Position numbers and translations under genes: made by a program. DNA of 64,000 bases from Lingula anatina. Taxonomy: Eukaryota > Animalia > Brachiopoda. Numbering within the stretch: the stretch's first letter is position 1; each line of letters starts with the position of its first letter. This document shows, one piece after another, positions 1 through 12,947 of the stretch. Under the pieces are notes generated by a model. That model saw only the letters and a program-made list of their open reading frames with translations, made no database searches and had not been told where the DNA came from. The DNA lies in the NCBI GenBank assembly GCA_051362555.1, contig CM120645.1, positions 13,392,001 through 13,456,000 of the forward strand. Reading direction: 5' to 3'.

Positions 1-195
1 ACCCCGGTTCCTGGGGACACGAACCGCTTTCACTCCAGAAAACGGGTGCCCGACAGAGCAATACCCTCCCGAAGGAAGTTAAAGGGGACCTCATACCAGA
101 TTAAGGGAACCCGGCAGGCTAGGACTCTCTCGAAGAAGTAAAAGGGAATTAAGGAATTTTGGGCCTGGCAATCGAAGCCTGGAGGCCCCATTACA
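1..195. mobile_element. Possible 3' end of an LTR or other repeat, truncated by the window start
   Basis: GC-richer block ending abruptly in ...GGAGGCCCCATTACA (CA terminus) before AT-rich sequence. No partner LTR, PBS or coding region is in the window. Confidence 0.25.
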
Positions 196-473
196 TTTCT
201 TTTTCTTCTTTTATTTTTAATTAAAATATTTTGCTTAAATAGCGTAAGCATTTTACTGCATATTAAAGTTTAAGATTGACAATTACTTTCCTTTGACATT
301 CAAACGTCTCTTGACTTCTTGAATAATAGTTTTGCTATCCTATTTTCCTGATGGAGCTTAAAATAGCCTGGTCTAGTTAATGTCAAATTTGATCATACGC
401 CAAAAACATGATATCAGTATGCCATTCATCATTTAAATAAGGTTCGCGGCCTCCCGCTGTGGCCAGGGAGCAG

Positions 474-570
474 TATTTAAACCCCAAGTTGTTTAAGTTG
501 CATTATTGTCTGTCAAACAAGACTGGTCGGAAAAAAAACTCACGAGGTGTATCAGCAGTTTAGAATTCAG
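474..570 (+). promoter_or_regulatory. TATA-like box and non-coding first exon of EB-repeat gene copy 1
   Basis: TATTTAAA at 474-481 and a strong donor CAG|GTAAGG at 570/571. The layout matches copy 2 (TATA at 10948, donor at 11092). Confidence 0.45.
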
Positions 571-1846
571 GTAAGGGATATTGCTGTAGATCTTCTTTTT
601 TTAATTTTCCCAACTTACTTTTTGTCAACCTTTGTTGCTGCATGGTGCACATTATTTGGAGACTCTTTGATAAGAGTCTTTCCTTCTATCATTAGCTAAT
701 GGCTAATGTGATAGTTAAGCACATACCGGTAAGCACATACCACAATTTTTATAAATATTACAAACATAAATGTTTCATATTTTGTTAAGCTAAGCAGTTG
801 TTTTCTTCTTTTTACTACATATGATTCGTACAGTGTTATAATCTATGTCTGCATACATATGTGTATTTCGATATTTTCTTAACATGTATTATTAACAAGA
901 AAAATGCTCACAAAGAAGATTCTAAATTGTCAACAAAAGGAACTACATTTTAGATGCGACACGATTTGAACTCACACCTAATGTTCTAGCGGTGGATAGA
1001 CTGAGATAAATCGAAAGGCGTATGACGACGCCTTATGACAAATTCAAATGCGCTCTACTCCTGTTAAAAACTTTCATATGCAGGGGTGTTTCTCACCTTT
1101 AATTTAACCCTTCTTTTCCCTTTATCCCCGGGTTTTTACATTTTAACTGTTACGATAATTTAACCCTATAGATACATAGGCCCCCCTTGGCAAAGCAAAT
1201 GTCAAACTGCACAATTAATAGAACCATTTTAATGAATGACATTTTTGTGTTAATAAAAAAATAAAAGCAAAAAAGACTATTTTAAATAATAAAGGCATAT
1301 CGGTATGACACACGGTGCTGTTGGATATTGTTTTTTGTTTATGATCATTAATACTTCTTCGCAATATATGTTTGATGATTTTTATTTATCATTAAGGTCC
1401 TTTGGCAATTATCCTAGAGCGGTATTCTACTTTTTTATATTTTTACATTTTACAGTGTAGTTCCGGAGATCTGATGACGCGTTTACCTTAAGCAGAATTA
1501 ATAAACACAGCAACATCTTATTAAAAATTGACATCTTAATTAAATGTCGTTTCAGCATGATAGATGGTCCTAAGAAATTAGTATAGTTTGGTTTCTATGT
1601 GTTCAGACAGCAAAGCCCCCGATATGGTGATAGATGTTCTTCAGCAATCTAATTTATCTCTTAATAACTACGTGCCCGTTACGCAGCAGATTTTATAAAA
1701 AAGTTTTAATTTTTATACAAACTTTTCGTATAATTTACCAGGTACAACAACCAGCATTATTAGATGAAATCGTGTAATATTGATATATGTAACTTTACTA
1801 TCATTTTATTACAGACCTTTTCAAGCTCTCGTTGACGCTTGTTGCC

Positions 1847-4800
1847 ATGGATGCGATACACTATATATTTTTGATAATCTGTGTGAGCTTTCAACATGTG
1901 AAGAGTGACGGTATGTTCCCCTATGAATAAAGTACACCAATATTCTTTGCTGTCATTTTTGTAAGTCTTTGAAAGAATGGCATTCATGTACCCTTACTGA
2001 AGTTTAGAGACCACCACTGGCGTTGCCATGGCTTAATCTGGTAATTCATAAATTATTTGTTTTTCTTATTTGCAATTTTAAATGGGAAATCAAACAAGGA
2101 AATGCATTTACATGGTCAACTTTTCCTTTACTTTTGTGCGTATCTTTATCTCTTTTGATGGCGTAAAAAAAGAAATTAATATCAGCCACTCTACCTATGT
2201 ACCAAGGTAAATCCATTTGGTGCTTCTATCCACTTGCAACAATTCATTTTTGGTAAATTAAAAATCGTGGGTTCGTACCATATGACCAACACTTTTTTAC
2301 TCAAGGAGAAGATGTAATCAAAGGCGTGGAACGGCTGGGTTGTAGCACGGAGCTTGACTGCAACATCACCAACGGCGTCTGTTTAGAAGGGCTTTGCAGG
2401 TGTGATAGAGGCTACTATGCACCATATGATGCACGAGATTGTGAAAAGGGTAAATAATTTGTAAACCATTGTAAATGGCATTGTAAATGGCATTTTCAAT
2501 TAGTTGATCAAAACATGTTTGAATAATTTTCCGATAAAACCATTGTTCCATTTCTTACTGTTGCTCGCAATTTAGCAAAACAAATCTATACATGTATATG
2601 AGTAATTGATTAATCAATCAAAAGTAAATGTATCTGTGATGCCTGGTTATATTTCAGAACAAGTGGTGGGCACGTTTTGCCAAGATGACACTGACTGTGT
2701 GAACGGCACCTCTCAATGGGCGTGTATTGGATTCCGGTGCCGCTGTGCAAGTGAAGGCTTTTATGCTATAGAGGGTAGGGACACCATTTGCAAGAATAGT
2801 AAGTGTCTCGATGTTATGGAGATTTTTTCCGGTGTAACAGGAATGCAAGTCTTAGGAATTGAAGTCCGCGCTCCCATATAATGAGTACAACATAGGGTTA
2901 GTTGGAGTATTGGGGTTAGTATATGGGACGAAGGTCACCTGTAGAAAGTAATGGGAAGTGGACTACGGTTCCGAGCGGACTTCCATTCCTGTTGCAGCGG
3001 CATATAATTTCAGATTTGAAAATTGAAGTTTGCATGAAGACTTTACCTTTATTTATCTTACGAGAAATTCAAGATTCCAAAATTGACCAATATCATGAGT
3101 AAAATTTCAATAATGTTCTTCATCTCGAGTTGAAGAAGAGTAATAGATGACTGGTTATTAGCTTTGCTAAAAATCATTCATACATATGTGGGAAAACCAA
3201 AGGGGAAAATGAGACATGATTGTCTGTGGTTTTTAGTTTAAAATTTGTCATCGGTCTTACAATTTTATTTGTAGCTCGTCCGAAAGTTGGTATGACTTGC
3301 ACATCTGACGATTTCTGCCGAGAGAAGTTACAAACAGAATACAGTTACTGTGCTAAGGCCAAGCGTGAGTCTCGTGGTGTGTGCAGGTGTAGGCACCCTT
3401 ATAGCGGAGCTAATGGAGACAGAAGATGTATTATCAGTAAGTCACAACACTATCTATACTGATGTATGCATGATCAATCCGAAATCTAGTCCGAATATTT
3501 TGTTATTCACTTTATATTTGGCTTATTGCGATGTGTATATTGACTCACTGTCTCCGGGTAAATTGTGGTCGCTGTTATACAATGTTTTTGAAATGACATG
3601 ATAAGTTAGTCTTTTATCATACACTATCTTATTTTAGAGGCTGGAGTAGGGTTATTTGGTTGCTTCGGCAGTGATCAATGCAACCGGATTAATGAAGACT
3701 CGGTGAAACTAATATGTCAAAGAGCCAGTATATGGGAATTGGGCACCTGTGTTTGTCCACATGGAACCTATGGGGCGCCAGGGTCTTTAACTTGCAAAAA
3801 TGGTAAGTGACACGGCTCTGCTCGTCTGTAACCATAAAGACAGTTCGTGCCTCATGGGAGGTTGTTAATTTAGGGACGTTTTGACTATATATCAAACAAA
3901 CAACTGTTTTAGAATTAATGATGAGAGTATAGCTGTACAACAGGAACTCATATGCCGATTCTGAATCTTTTGGGAAATATATCGGTGACTAAATAAAATG
4001 TAAATTGTCATTTAGAAACGGTGATCGGCACGTTCTGCAACAACACTATTGATAAGTTCCTGTGTCAGTCTGCAATCAATGACAGCCAGTGTCTGGACGG
4101 TAGATGTCAGTGCATGTTAGGTTTCTACGGAAAAGAAGCTGGGAAAACCTGCACCAACAGTAAGAATATCTTGGAAACCCGGGAATGCGTTATAATTTTC
4201 ATTCCGACGTTATTATTATGCTTTTCCTGATATTTTGATTGTTTTTAAACGTGAAAGTAAACGTCAATGATGTCGACAAACAGTTCACAATTACACACAG
4301 TAAATGTGGGACACTAACCTTTTTTAAAGATTACATCTTACATCACCTGCAGTGGTCTAATTCCCAAAACATAAATTATATAAATTTTCATTACTAAAGC
4401 CCAAGTCGTTGGTCTCGAGTGCCAAAAGGATACCGACTGTAGCGGAGTGAACAACACCATTTGTGAGAACGACAGATGCTCTTGTCAACGTGGATACTAC
4501 GCTGAAGAAGGGGAGCCATCGTGCAAGGAAGGTATTTCTTCTGACCAGATAGATTTGTGTCATTCTCTGTCAGACAACGGACTTAAGGTAACAACGCACT
4601 TAAGGTTTTTAGTACAGAGATGTAAACTTATTAAAGTAACTTGGATACTGATAGATCTTCTAAACATGAAAGCGTTTTATCTTTCAAAGATATTGTGAAT
4701 AAGGTGTCGGTTCCACTAAGAAACGACTTGAACTTAAGTCGTGTTTAAGTATAATGACAATACTTTAATTCATTTCATCAGGACTATGAATGAAACTGTT

Positions 4801-6853
4801 TTTTTTAAATCTTATTATTGGTTCACCGTGTGTGGTTGGTAATCCAACAACTGTAAACGATAGTCACTGCGATTTTAAAAATAAAACGTGCGTTTGCGAG
4901 AAACGTTTTTTTTAATGAGACGCTAAAAGGATGTTTAAAGGGTGAATATAAACTCTTTTATCTTTTATTACTGAGGGGGCCTATAAAAATAACATTTCCT
5001 TGTGGGCCTATAATTAACATTTCTTTATGACAACATGCCGCATTCACATGCCATTGTAACGTTGAGTTGGACCTCTTTTGATAAATATCACCTGGAGTGC
5101 GTATTACCAATACAATATTATAAAAGAAGCGTTTCAGACTTTAAATATTTTAACAAGGCCTATTTTCGGTATGTTAAAATCATTGTTTCTTAATTTAAGT
5201 CGAAATAGGGTCGCCTTGCTCTGCGAACAGTTCATGTTATAGTGTGCCAATTAGTCAGTGTTTGAGAGGAAGGTGTGAATGTAAAGACGCAGCTTGTTCT
5301 CTCTCTCTCTCTCTGGCATAATTACGAGTATCACCGACTCCAGGTTGGTTGTAAGAATGGAAAATTAAACTGTTAGACTTCCAACTTCATTTAGGTATTT
5401 TATTGGACTTTTTGGAAGTTTTTTGTTCTTTAAGCAGCAAATATGAAAAGGGGCGTTCTTTTTATGACATATCCGTTTTATCATTACCCGCCTTTAAACG
5501 ACAAAGATTTTTTTGTGTCTTTTAGAGATCAAGAAGGATCTGGAACAACATTGCGATGGAGACGGAGAACAAGAATGTAGAACGCTGAACGCATCCTGCA
5601 TGGCGGGGATCTGTAGTTGTCTGGTTGGCTTCTATAAACACAAACCGAATATAACCAAACCGTGGACTTGCTGTAAGATCAAATGCTCCTCCCAGTTCTC
5701 AATATATAAAAACAATGTTGTTTTAAAAATAACTGCATCGACATTATCTGTTATCAACTTTATTCTCGACCCTTTTGTCTTTTATGGTAACTATTCAAAA
5801 CATTTTCGTTGATGCCATGTTGTAATTTTCAACTCAGTGCCCAAATCTCTTGTCGGGCAGAACTGTACCTCTGAGCATGGCTTCGACGTATGCAACGACA
5901 CCAATGCTGCCTGTAACGGCGGCGTATGTACTTGTAACAGTGGATTCGCAAGGAGGGAAGACATTTGTGGTGAGCACAAAACTATGATAAAACATCATTC
6001 AATAGGACAATGTGTACATCTGTACATTTGTAACTGTCACTGCTAAGAAATTAATTGGTGACTTGATGTCGTGTTCGATTCTGCTACGTGTTTTTAAATT
6101 TTGAATTATTAACTCTACAGTTTCTAAGGTTGACTTCACCCAGTCGTGTCAATCGACAGAAGAGTGTTTGGATATAGACGCTGTATGCATTAACAACACG
6201 TGCGACTGCAAGAACGGCACCTACTTGGTCAGTGGTCGATATTTGTACTGCAGTAAGTATATAAATAGAGCCATACTTTGTCACACTCGACGTTTATAGA
6301 TGTGGATGAGTGTAGATTTGTAAACTGATAAAATTATGAAATGATGAAATTAATATAAATATGATATGTAAGACCCCTGATGTAAAAATAACGACGTAAA
6401 CAACAATGTCATAAATACGACAGGCTTAATCTGTGTATACAGGGGTACATGTTAAATTGTCCTTGATAATTATTTCACAAGCATTCATACTAGCGAAATG
6501 AAATAATTTTCTTACTATCAGAGGTAAACAATATGTGTTGGGCCTATATAGAAAATTGCAAGACGAGACGTTTTATTAGTCATATGTTTCTCAACGGCTT
6601 TGGAGAGAGTTAACTTTGAGGTCTAAGAAAAAAATTCAAATTTGCATTTATATTATACATAAAAGTCTAACTAAGGCTGCCTTAATTGATACAGTTATTG
6701 ATGCTCTGTTATCACCTCTAGGACCGCTAGTGAACCTCAACAAACCCTGCCCATCAAACAGACAGGGTGTGTGCAAGGACCCCAATGCGGTGTGTAGCGG
6801 AGGAAGATGCATATGTAAACCTTCATTTTATAGTAAAGATGGTAACGTTTGTG
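1847..6853 (+). CDS. EB/EGF-like repeat protein, copy 1: 3'-truncated paralogue with signal peptide and 10 intact six-Cys modules, no SEA or TM. Secreted form or pseudogene.
   Basis: Exons 1847-1910 (MDAIHYIFLIICVSFQHVKSD, signal peptide), 2306-2449, 2658-2798, 3275-3436, 3638-3802, 4016-4159, 4400-4531, 5526-5672, 5838-5969, 6121-6252 and 6722-6853. All are open and GT-AG, and the module exons are phase 1-1 and colinear with modules 1-6 and 10-13 of copy 2. No terminal exon was identified. Confidence 0.7.
2829..3000. mobile_element. Small TIR element (MITE) in an intron of copy 1
   Basis: Ends CCGGTGTAACAGGAATGCAAGTC and GACTTCCATTCCTGTTGCAGCGG are imperfect inverted repeats. The element is absent at the homologous intron position of copy 2 (~14860, TTTTTTCTGGCAATG). 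Confidence 0.7.
4812..4941 (+). pseudogene. Dead exon (module 7) of copy 1
   Basis: Homologous to 16898-17038, but the AG acceptor is lost, a 12-nt deletion removes a Cys, and an extra T in a T-run creates TAA. Confidence 0.75.
5200..5297 (+). pseudogene. Dead exon (module 9) of copy 1
   Basis: VEIGSPCSANSSCYSVPISQCLRGRCECKDAA matches 17705-17827, but the 3' end, sixth Cys and donor are deleted and it runs into (CT)n. Confidence 0.7.
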
Positions 6854-7480
6854 GTAAGTTTCAAGTGGTGTCATTTACATTCATTCTAAGTCACATTATG
6901 TTTCCGTTTATAATATTCTTAATTACTAGAATTACAAAGACTACGAAGGGGGGGGGGGGGGGGTTTGATACATTGTGTTTTTGCTATGATTGTTGTTTCG
7001 GATAATTTTGTCTTTTTGGTAGTTATGGAAATATTTATGATAACGTACTGAGAAATGAAGGGGTTTTCTACTATTTATGTAAATTTGTTCCATGCCACCT
7101 TAGTTCTTTGAACATCTGTGAAATACGTTAAACTTATTACATTGTTCTTATTATGAAACACACGGTGATAATTTGGTATTTTTAAATTTGAATTAAAATT
7201 CAATAGGCATACGTTTGTCTCTTTCTGTTTAGTCTTCCGCTCAATTACAGCTAATTTCCAATTTGTATTCTTATACCAACTATGGAATTTTATAGCATTG
7301 CTTATTGTTTTATGGTATTTTGATTTTGTTGAAGCAAATGTCATTGTTTTCTAAAGACATTTATGCATGCATTTCATTATTATTAAATCTTAGGCTTGAA
7401 TATCATACTTCACCTCTTATGTTCAATACTCTATTTGTATAAACCTAATTGCGGTGGTAGAAATTTTCCTTACCTTATAA

Positions 7481-8005
7481 ACTCAAGTATGTGTGGTGTG
7501 GTATCGAGTGCCAAAATGATCCCGACTTTAGCAAAGTGAACAAGATTTGTGAGAATAACAAATGCCCTGGTCAAGGTGATTACTACGCTTAAGAAGGAGA
7601 GACAGCGTGCAAGAACGGCATTTCCTTAAAAAGGTTTATTTATCTCCCATTCTGTCGATAATGATTACAACAGACTTAGGTGTCTATTACAGAAATTTTA
7701 AATAAATTAAGAAAATTTAGAAATGATCAAAAATGAAAGTAAATTATTTTTCCTATATGTTGAGACAGGTATTTCTGACACCTGATGATTCGACGTAGAA
7801 ATCGCTAAATATTGTGTTGCGATATTATTCATTTCTGTTAATTTACTTCGGATTTTGTTTGAAATAATTAAATAATTAAAATCATTATTTTTTTTTTTAC
7901 AGTGCTACTATATTCCCCAGGTGCGGTTGGTAATGTAGGCCTCTCTCCAACGCCGTAAACAATAGCCACTGTGATTTCAGAGCAGAAACGTACGGAAGGG
8001 TGTGA
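7481..8005 (+). pseudogene. Further decayed copies of EB modules 6 and 7
   Basis: 7481-7620 resembles 4400-4531 and 16490-16621 (GAGTGCCAAAATGATCCCGAC...TACTACGCTTAAGAAGG, with a stop). 7903-8005 resembles 16898-17038 (GTGCGGTTGGTAATG...AATAGCCACTGTGATTTC) with indels. Confidence 0.7.
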
Positions 8006-8839
8006 CAGTTAGACTTTGGATGCATGCTTAAATATAAATATCAATTTAATTAGTGCTACATGCTAAATGAGAATATCCTATTACTGTGGAAAGTTTATAT
8101 GTAGTAGTGAACCTAAATTTGCCTAATGTACTTTTATCACTCTTCACGGAGACCACCAACATCGTTTATATTATATTATATATGGAGAATCTGTGGGTAG
8201 TATAAGTTGTGGTGGACCCATTAATAGATAGGGTAAGATGACCATGACGTAACATCCAACGCAACTCGAAACCTTTGTCTCACTGGCCTTATTCACACCT
8301 GTGTTAGCTGACCTTTGTAGCAAGTTTATTAGAACATATTTTGTAATATTTAGTTTAAAAATTCATTCGTACATCATAAACAACTATCAAGATAAACACA
8401 CCTTTTTATAATTTTGATAAAGTTCGTTACATGGTGGTTTTTCGGTCTAAAACATTATTGAAGCTCTTTATCACCTGTCGGTAATTACGGGTGCGTACGG
8501 ACAGTCCAAAGGTTCTGAAATCCGCACGCCTCTCGTCGCCGACTAACCCCAGTTTGTAAAAGCCACAAGGTGCAGTTCAAACGGCGTAAGACGCGGGCTT
8601 GCGGTGAAACGTTGGACCAACACCGGCGACCACTGCTTGCTTTCTGGGTAAATATCATGGACACAAACATTATAATTTGATAACGTCGCGGGAATGATAA
8701 AAAAGTTTAGATGTTATGTTAATAATCGTGCAAATTGCAGTGATGCAAAATTTGAAATCCCCTTTGTATGTTTTTCCCTAAGATTAACAAAAGTGTATAA
8801 TTTGTTAATTTTATCAAAAGTTATAAGAACATTTTAAAA

Positions 8840-8965
8840 GAACATGCTGGCAACGTTCCTCCGATCAAATATTTAGAATAACGTTCTCTCAACGTTTGCT
8901 GATGGTCTAACAAATACATATATAGCCCTCTGGTAACGTTGTCAAAACGTTCTGTGATAGTTGGG
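8840..8965. mobile_element. Fragment of a non-autonomous DNA transposon end
   Basis: Cluster of AACGTT motifs ending in AAAACGTTCTGTGATAGTTGGG, a pattern typical of subterminal repeats of non-autonomous elements. The other end was not found. Confidence 0.35.
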
Positions 8966-9109
8966 AACATTGTTTATGATGATTTAAGGTTTGTTCATAC
9001 ACAGGTCTGAAAAAAAAGCGCATGATTACACCTTATCTTACCGGTCGACCAAATACAATCGCGAAGGGTTATCGTGAAAAATTGATTGAAGATGAACTCT
9101 AGTCAATAT

Positions 9110-9320
9110 TTACTCTGCAAGAAGCCCCATGAAACAAGCGTGAGGATTGTGCTCGTCCTCGCTAAGAAAGAATTCAATTTGACTCCACACGAACTCATCA
9201 CAGCTTATCACACCATTGGCATCTGTTTCAAGCACTTTGAATACATCCGCTGACTTTTCTGTTGAATTTCCATTACCATGGAATAATGCCTTTTTCTACT
9301 TTGGGAAGATCAACCATATA
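9110..9320 (-). pseudogene. Inverted remnant of an SCP-like EF-hand gene (last exon)
   Basis: The reverse strand reads LIFPK*KKALFHGNGNSTEKSADVFKVLETDANGVISCDEFVWSQIEFFLSEDEHNPHACFMGLLAE*. This aligns with SCP-A: FISPKEHKAFFYGNGLSADKSGDVFKVLDTDGDGIISRDEFVQGHVDFFYSEDENSPYVCFMGPLVE*. Confidence 0.85.
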
Positions 9321-9731
9321 CCATACTATCCTCCATTAGAGACAGTTCTATCATAAAAGAACTTGACGGCCCGCGGAGAAAACTGTTTTGGTAAAGTTGA
9401 TAAAATTGCATGCTTTTCAAGACATGTAAAGTGTTCAAGACATGTAAAGTGTTCAATATGATCGTGTCACGTATACAGTCATCGCATTCTTCCTTTTATT
9501 TAACATCTTGATTAATTTATGGACAATATGATTTTCAGGTCATATAATACACCATCAATCATGACTTGATCCTGTCATCAGACATTATCGTTTGAGGTCA
9601 ACCCTACCGTTATTTGTCTGTTTGTGAGGACCTGCCTGTGTCTAAGAGTTATCATATTTGTTATGTGCACCGTGGCTGGCTCACATGTTAGCAAACACAA
9701 GAATAGGAAGTTGATCATCATATTGCAGTTA

Positions 9732-9733
<2 letters not shown>

Positions 9734-9794
<61 letters not shown>

Positions 9795-9811
9795 TGAGAG
9801 TGAGAGAGAGA
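9734..9811. repeat. Compound (GT)n(GA)n microsatellite
   Basis: Directly visible. Confidence 0.95.
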
Positions 9812-10517
9812 GGTGGGTAATTGGCTTCATAGACATAAAGGGACGTGTTCAGTTCCAGGTCTAAAACGATATTATAGCACAAAGACTACAAATTCATTCC
9901 AAGTGTCTACAGTCTGTTTTTAATGTACGGTTCAATTAGCATCTCGAACAAACTACTGTAACGTAAGACCAGAGGCCCAGAATTCTCTTTCAATATCATA
10001 TGCAGTTTTGAGTAAGTATTTTGAAATCAATACCACACACCCATTACGCTGCGTTATTTTTGTTTGCAGTAATTTCACTTGAAATCCACATAATCATCGT
10101 ATGTATCCGAGCTTACATGATCTGGGAAGGTGATCGTTACAAGCCCTAAGAAACTGAAAGGAATCATCACACATCAACTTAAGCCCGTATTGAATATCGT
10201 GAGTGTCCTCACTGTTCTGAAATTAATATTGAAAATGAGAGTAATTTTTTATTAGAATGTCAATAACATACTATAGATTAACAAGACTGATGATACGATT
10301 TGAAAGCTTTAAGAAGCGAAATAGAGACTTACCCGGCCCTAACAATAGTCGTATTGAACTTCATTACCTCTCAGTCATCACGTCATATTTATGTGCATTT
10401 TAAATCTACTTGTATTTAAAATAGGTAGTGTAGAGAGTCTGAAAATGTGTGTTTTCAGTTTAGTGCTCAATAAAGAATAATGGTGCATATGTCAAAGTAT
10501 GGGAATAAATTACTTTG

Positions 10518-10760
10518 ACCCCATTCCCATACCTAGATCTATCTAGCAGAATCGACCCATCTCCGAGGGGTTTCTCGATAAATTGCTTTTAGCTTAAGAG
10601 GCTTAGATGTCTGCTACGCCTCCTGAAGCTGTTAAACGACAATTAATCCTAATAGCTTCAGTAGGCGTGTCAGACATCAGAGCCGCTTAAGTCAATTTAG
10701 CGAGAAACCCCTCGGAGATGGGTCGATCCTGCTAGATCGCTCTAGGTATGGGAATGGGGT
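10518..10760. mobile_element. Fold-back (hairpin) MITE
   Basis: ACCCCATTCCCATACCTAG...CTAGGTATGGGAATGGGGT. The arms pair over nearly the whole 243 bp (e.g. TCGACCCATCTCCGAGGGGTTTCTCG with CGAGAAACCCCTCGGAGATGGGTCGA). TTTG flanks both sides. Confidence 0.85.
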
Positions 10761-10947
10761 TTTGCAAAAACATATTCTTGATTCCTTAAATCATACGCTT
10801 GCTATCTAACTATCTAATGATGCTTCAAATAGCCTTGTAGCTATTAAATGCCGATTTCGGTCTCACAGAAGGAGTTATGAGTAGGCCCCCTACATCCTTA
10901 AAGATTCAAACCCCTTTTGCCTCCCCTCTCCCGTGATAAGGAAGCAC

Positions 10948-11092
10948 TATATAAACCGCACGTAGTCCAAGCTATCTTATCTGCCAAGTCTCTGCTTTGC
11001 CATCACATACCGTCAAAGATCACAAGAGAGCTTGCTCTATCGGCCACTTGACTATATAATTATTAACAAGTGTTTTTTCGACAGGAATTAAG
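10948..11092 (+). promoter_or_regulatory. TATA box and non-coding first exon of EB-repeat gene copy 2
   Basis: TATATAAA at 10948-10955 and donor AAG|GTAAGT at 11092/11093. The acceptor TTGCAG ending at 13316 precedes the ATG exon. Confidence 0.6.
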
Positions 11093-12295
11093 GTAAGTGA
11101 CATAATACAGCTGTAGATCGAAGCTTTTTGAATTTCACAATTAACTATTTCTCATTCATCCTTTCTGTATGTTAGTTGAAGATAAGGTTGATAGCTCTGT
11201 CATAGTTATCAATGGCAACTAAACTGCATACTGATTATAATACACATCCACTTCAATTACTCGTAAGTAGCTAGCCGTAGATACGACCATCATCGCAGTG
11301 GCTGTTGTAAGAGCTAAGTATATATCGGCAGATTTAGTAGCATAAATATATGTAGTTGAATACAGAGATAGATTTATTAAAATAACGGTAATTAAAAGAG
11401 CTTATTTAATAAGTCATACTTTTGTAAAGTGAGCAGTTCTTTCCAAGCTGACTGGGGTTCGAGGGGCGGTAAGCTTTAAAGGTGGACATAATTTACCGTC
11501 CCAGAAGTCGAATAGTATGATTCTAACTCTAACGCTCTCAAAAGGACTGAAAATGTAGGAAGAAAAAACTGCTACTCTAGAATAAGAGGAAGTATTTATA
11601 TTTATGTATTAACAATGCGAAACCCCGATGTCAAATTAATTTCTTCTGGTGGCTTCTATAGAGGGGTCTCCTGATTCTGGGGAAGAAATAAAGATATATT
11701 TACTCGTCTCGTTTCCTTGGTTTAATTTCGTTCCTGTTTCTGTTCGTAAAATTTTCACCACGTGTTACTTCTCCGTATGTTTGTCACCTGTATAAGGGGC
11801 CATATCGTGTATAGCATGCTGTGCAACTATCTATTGCCTTGCTTAATCTCATGTGCTAGAACGGTAGACTTGAATGAGATAATTAAGTCTCCATTTGTAT
11901 ATACATGTACGTCTCGAAATTCTGTTTTCCGTGTTTGTTTATCAGGGTATCATTTCACACAATGAATGGCAGGTTTTGCGGCATTTTCTACAAGACATGT
12001 ACTCAACAATAAACAATAAAATCAGCTTTTGTCAGTTCTGGGAACTGTGCTCGTTATCAATTCCTGTTACTTGACACATGTATTAGGGTCCCAGGGCAAC
12101 TAGAAGGTGATAAACTATTTGAAATGGTATTAGCTTTTAAGGTGTCAGTCATACAGATTGGTTTTTCTATGGTTAAGTTTCTGAGACGCAGTTGGGTTGC
12201 TTTCGGCGAGTAAATTAAAAAAAAACTGAATCATTCGTAAATGATATACTCATTGATAAATTGAGTCAGATATCTGACCCAAATCGCGTCACGTT

Positions 12296-12947
12296 TAAGG
12301 CCTTGGTTGTATTTACCATGCAATCTCCGTGCAGTGCACGAAAACTGCCCATGAATCCCTTGTCACGCAGCCTCTGTGCGGTGGCGGGCGGTGACCGTAA
12401 AAAAGCATACTTTACGGTGCCTACGTTGCCTCGTCAATTTTTCCAGCTAAATTTTTGACTAATTTAAAAATTTGAAATAGAATATCGTAGGTGGCATTGC
12501 ACAGTTCCCTTTCTCAACTTGTTCGGTGGACTTGAGGTGATCGTGTCAATGGATGAACCTGTTGTCTCCTTTGGTGGTTTTAGAAGATATAACAACAGTG
12601 AAAATGTTTTAAGTTTAGTGTAATTTACTTGCATGAATGTAAAGTTGTGCGTTGCCCTACTCTGACCACATGGGTGCTTAAAACGTTGGGGCCTGCACCT
12701 ACAGCATATCAATCTTCAAGGAGGCCGCACCGTAAGGATACGGCGATTGAAAGGACTCCGACAAACTATTTTTCCGTATTTGACCGACCCCAAGGTCTCG
12801 ACGGATATATACATGTATCACGGCACCCGCATGTAATTTTAACTTACTCACTGTGCCCGTAGCCACTTACGATGTCAAAAAGATCACATGGAAAATTGCA
12901 TGCGATTTCATCGTACGGCGCCCTTGGCAAATGGCAATACAGGCTTT
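12296..12947. mobile_element. Non-autonomous DNA transposon with degenerate TIRs in intron 1 of copy 2
   Basis: GC-richer island with repeated ACCGTA/TACGG motifs. Ends AAGGCCTTGGTTGTATTT and AAATGGCAATACAGGCTTT are degenerate inverted repeats. Confidence 0.5.

Noticed and set aside
6854-7005. Hydrophobic read-through after module 13 of copy 1 as a new TM anchor
   Set aside because: It follows a canonical GTAAGT donor, is T-rich intron-like sequence running into a G homopolymer, and copy 2 has similar intronic sequence. It cannot be supported without cDNA.
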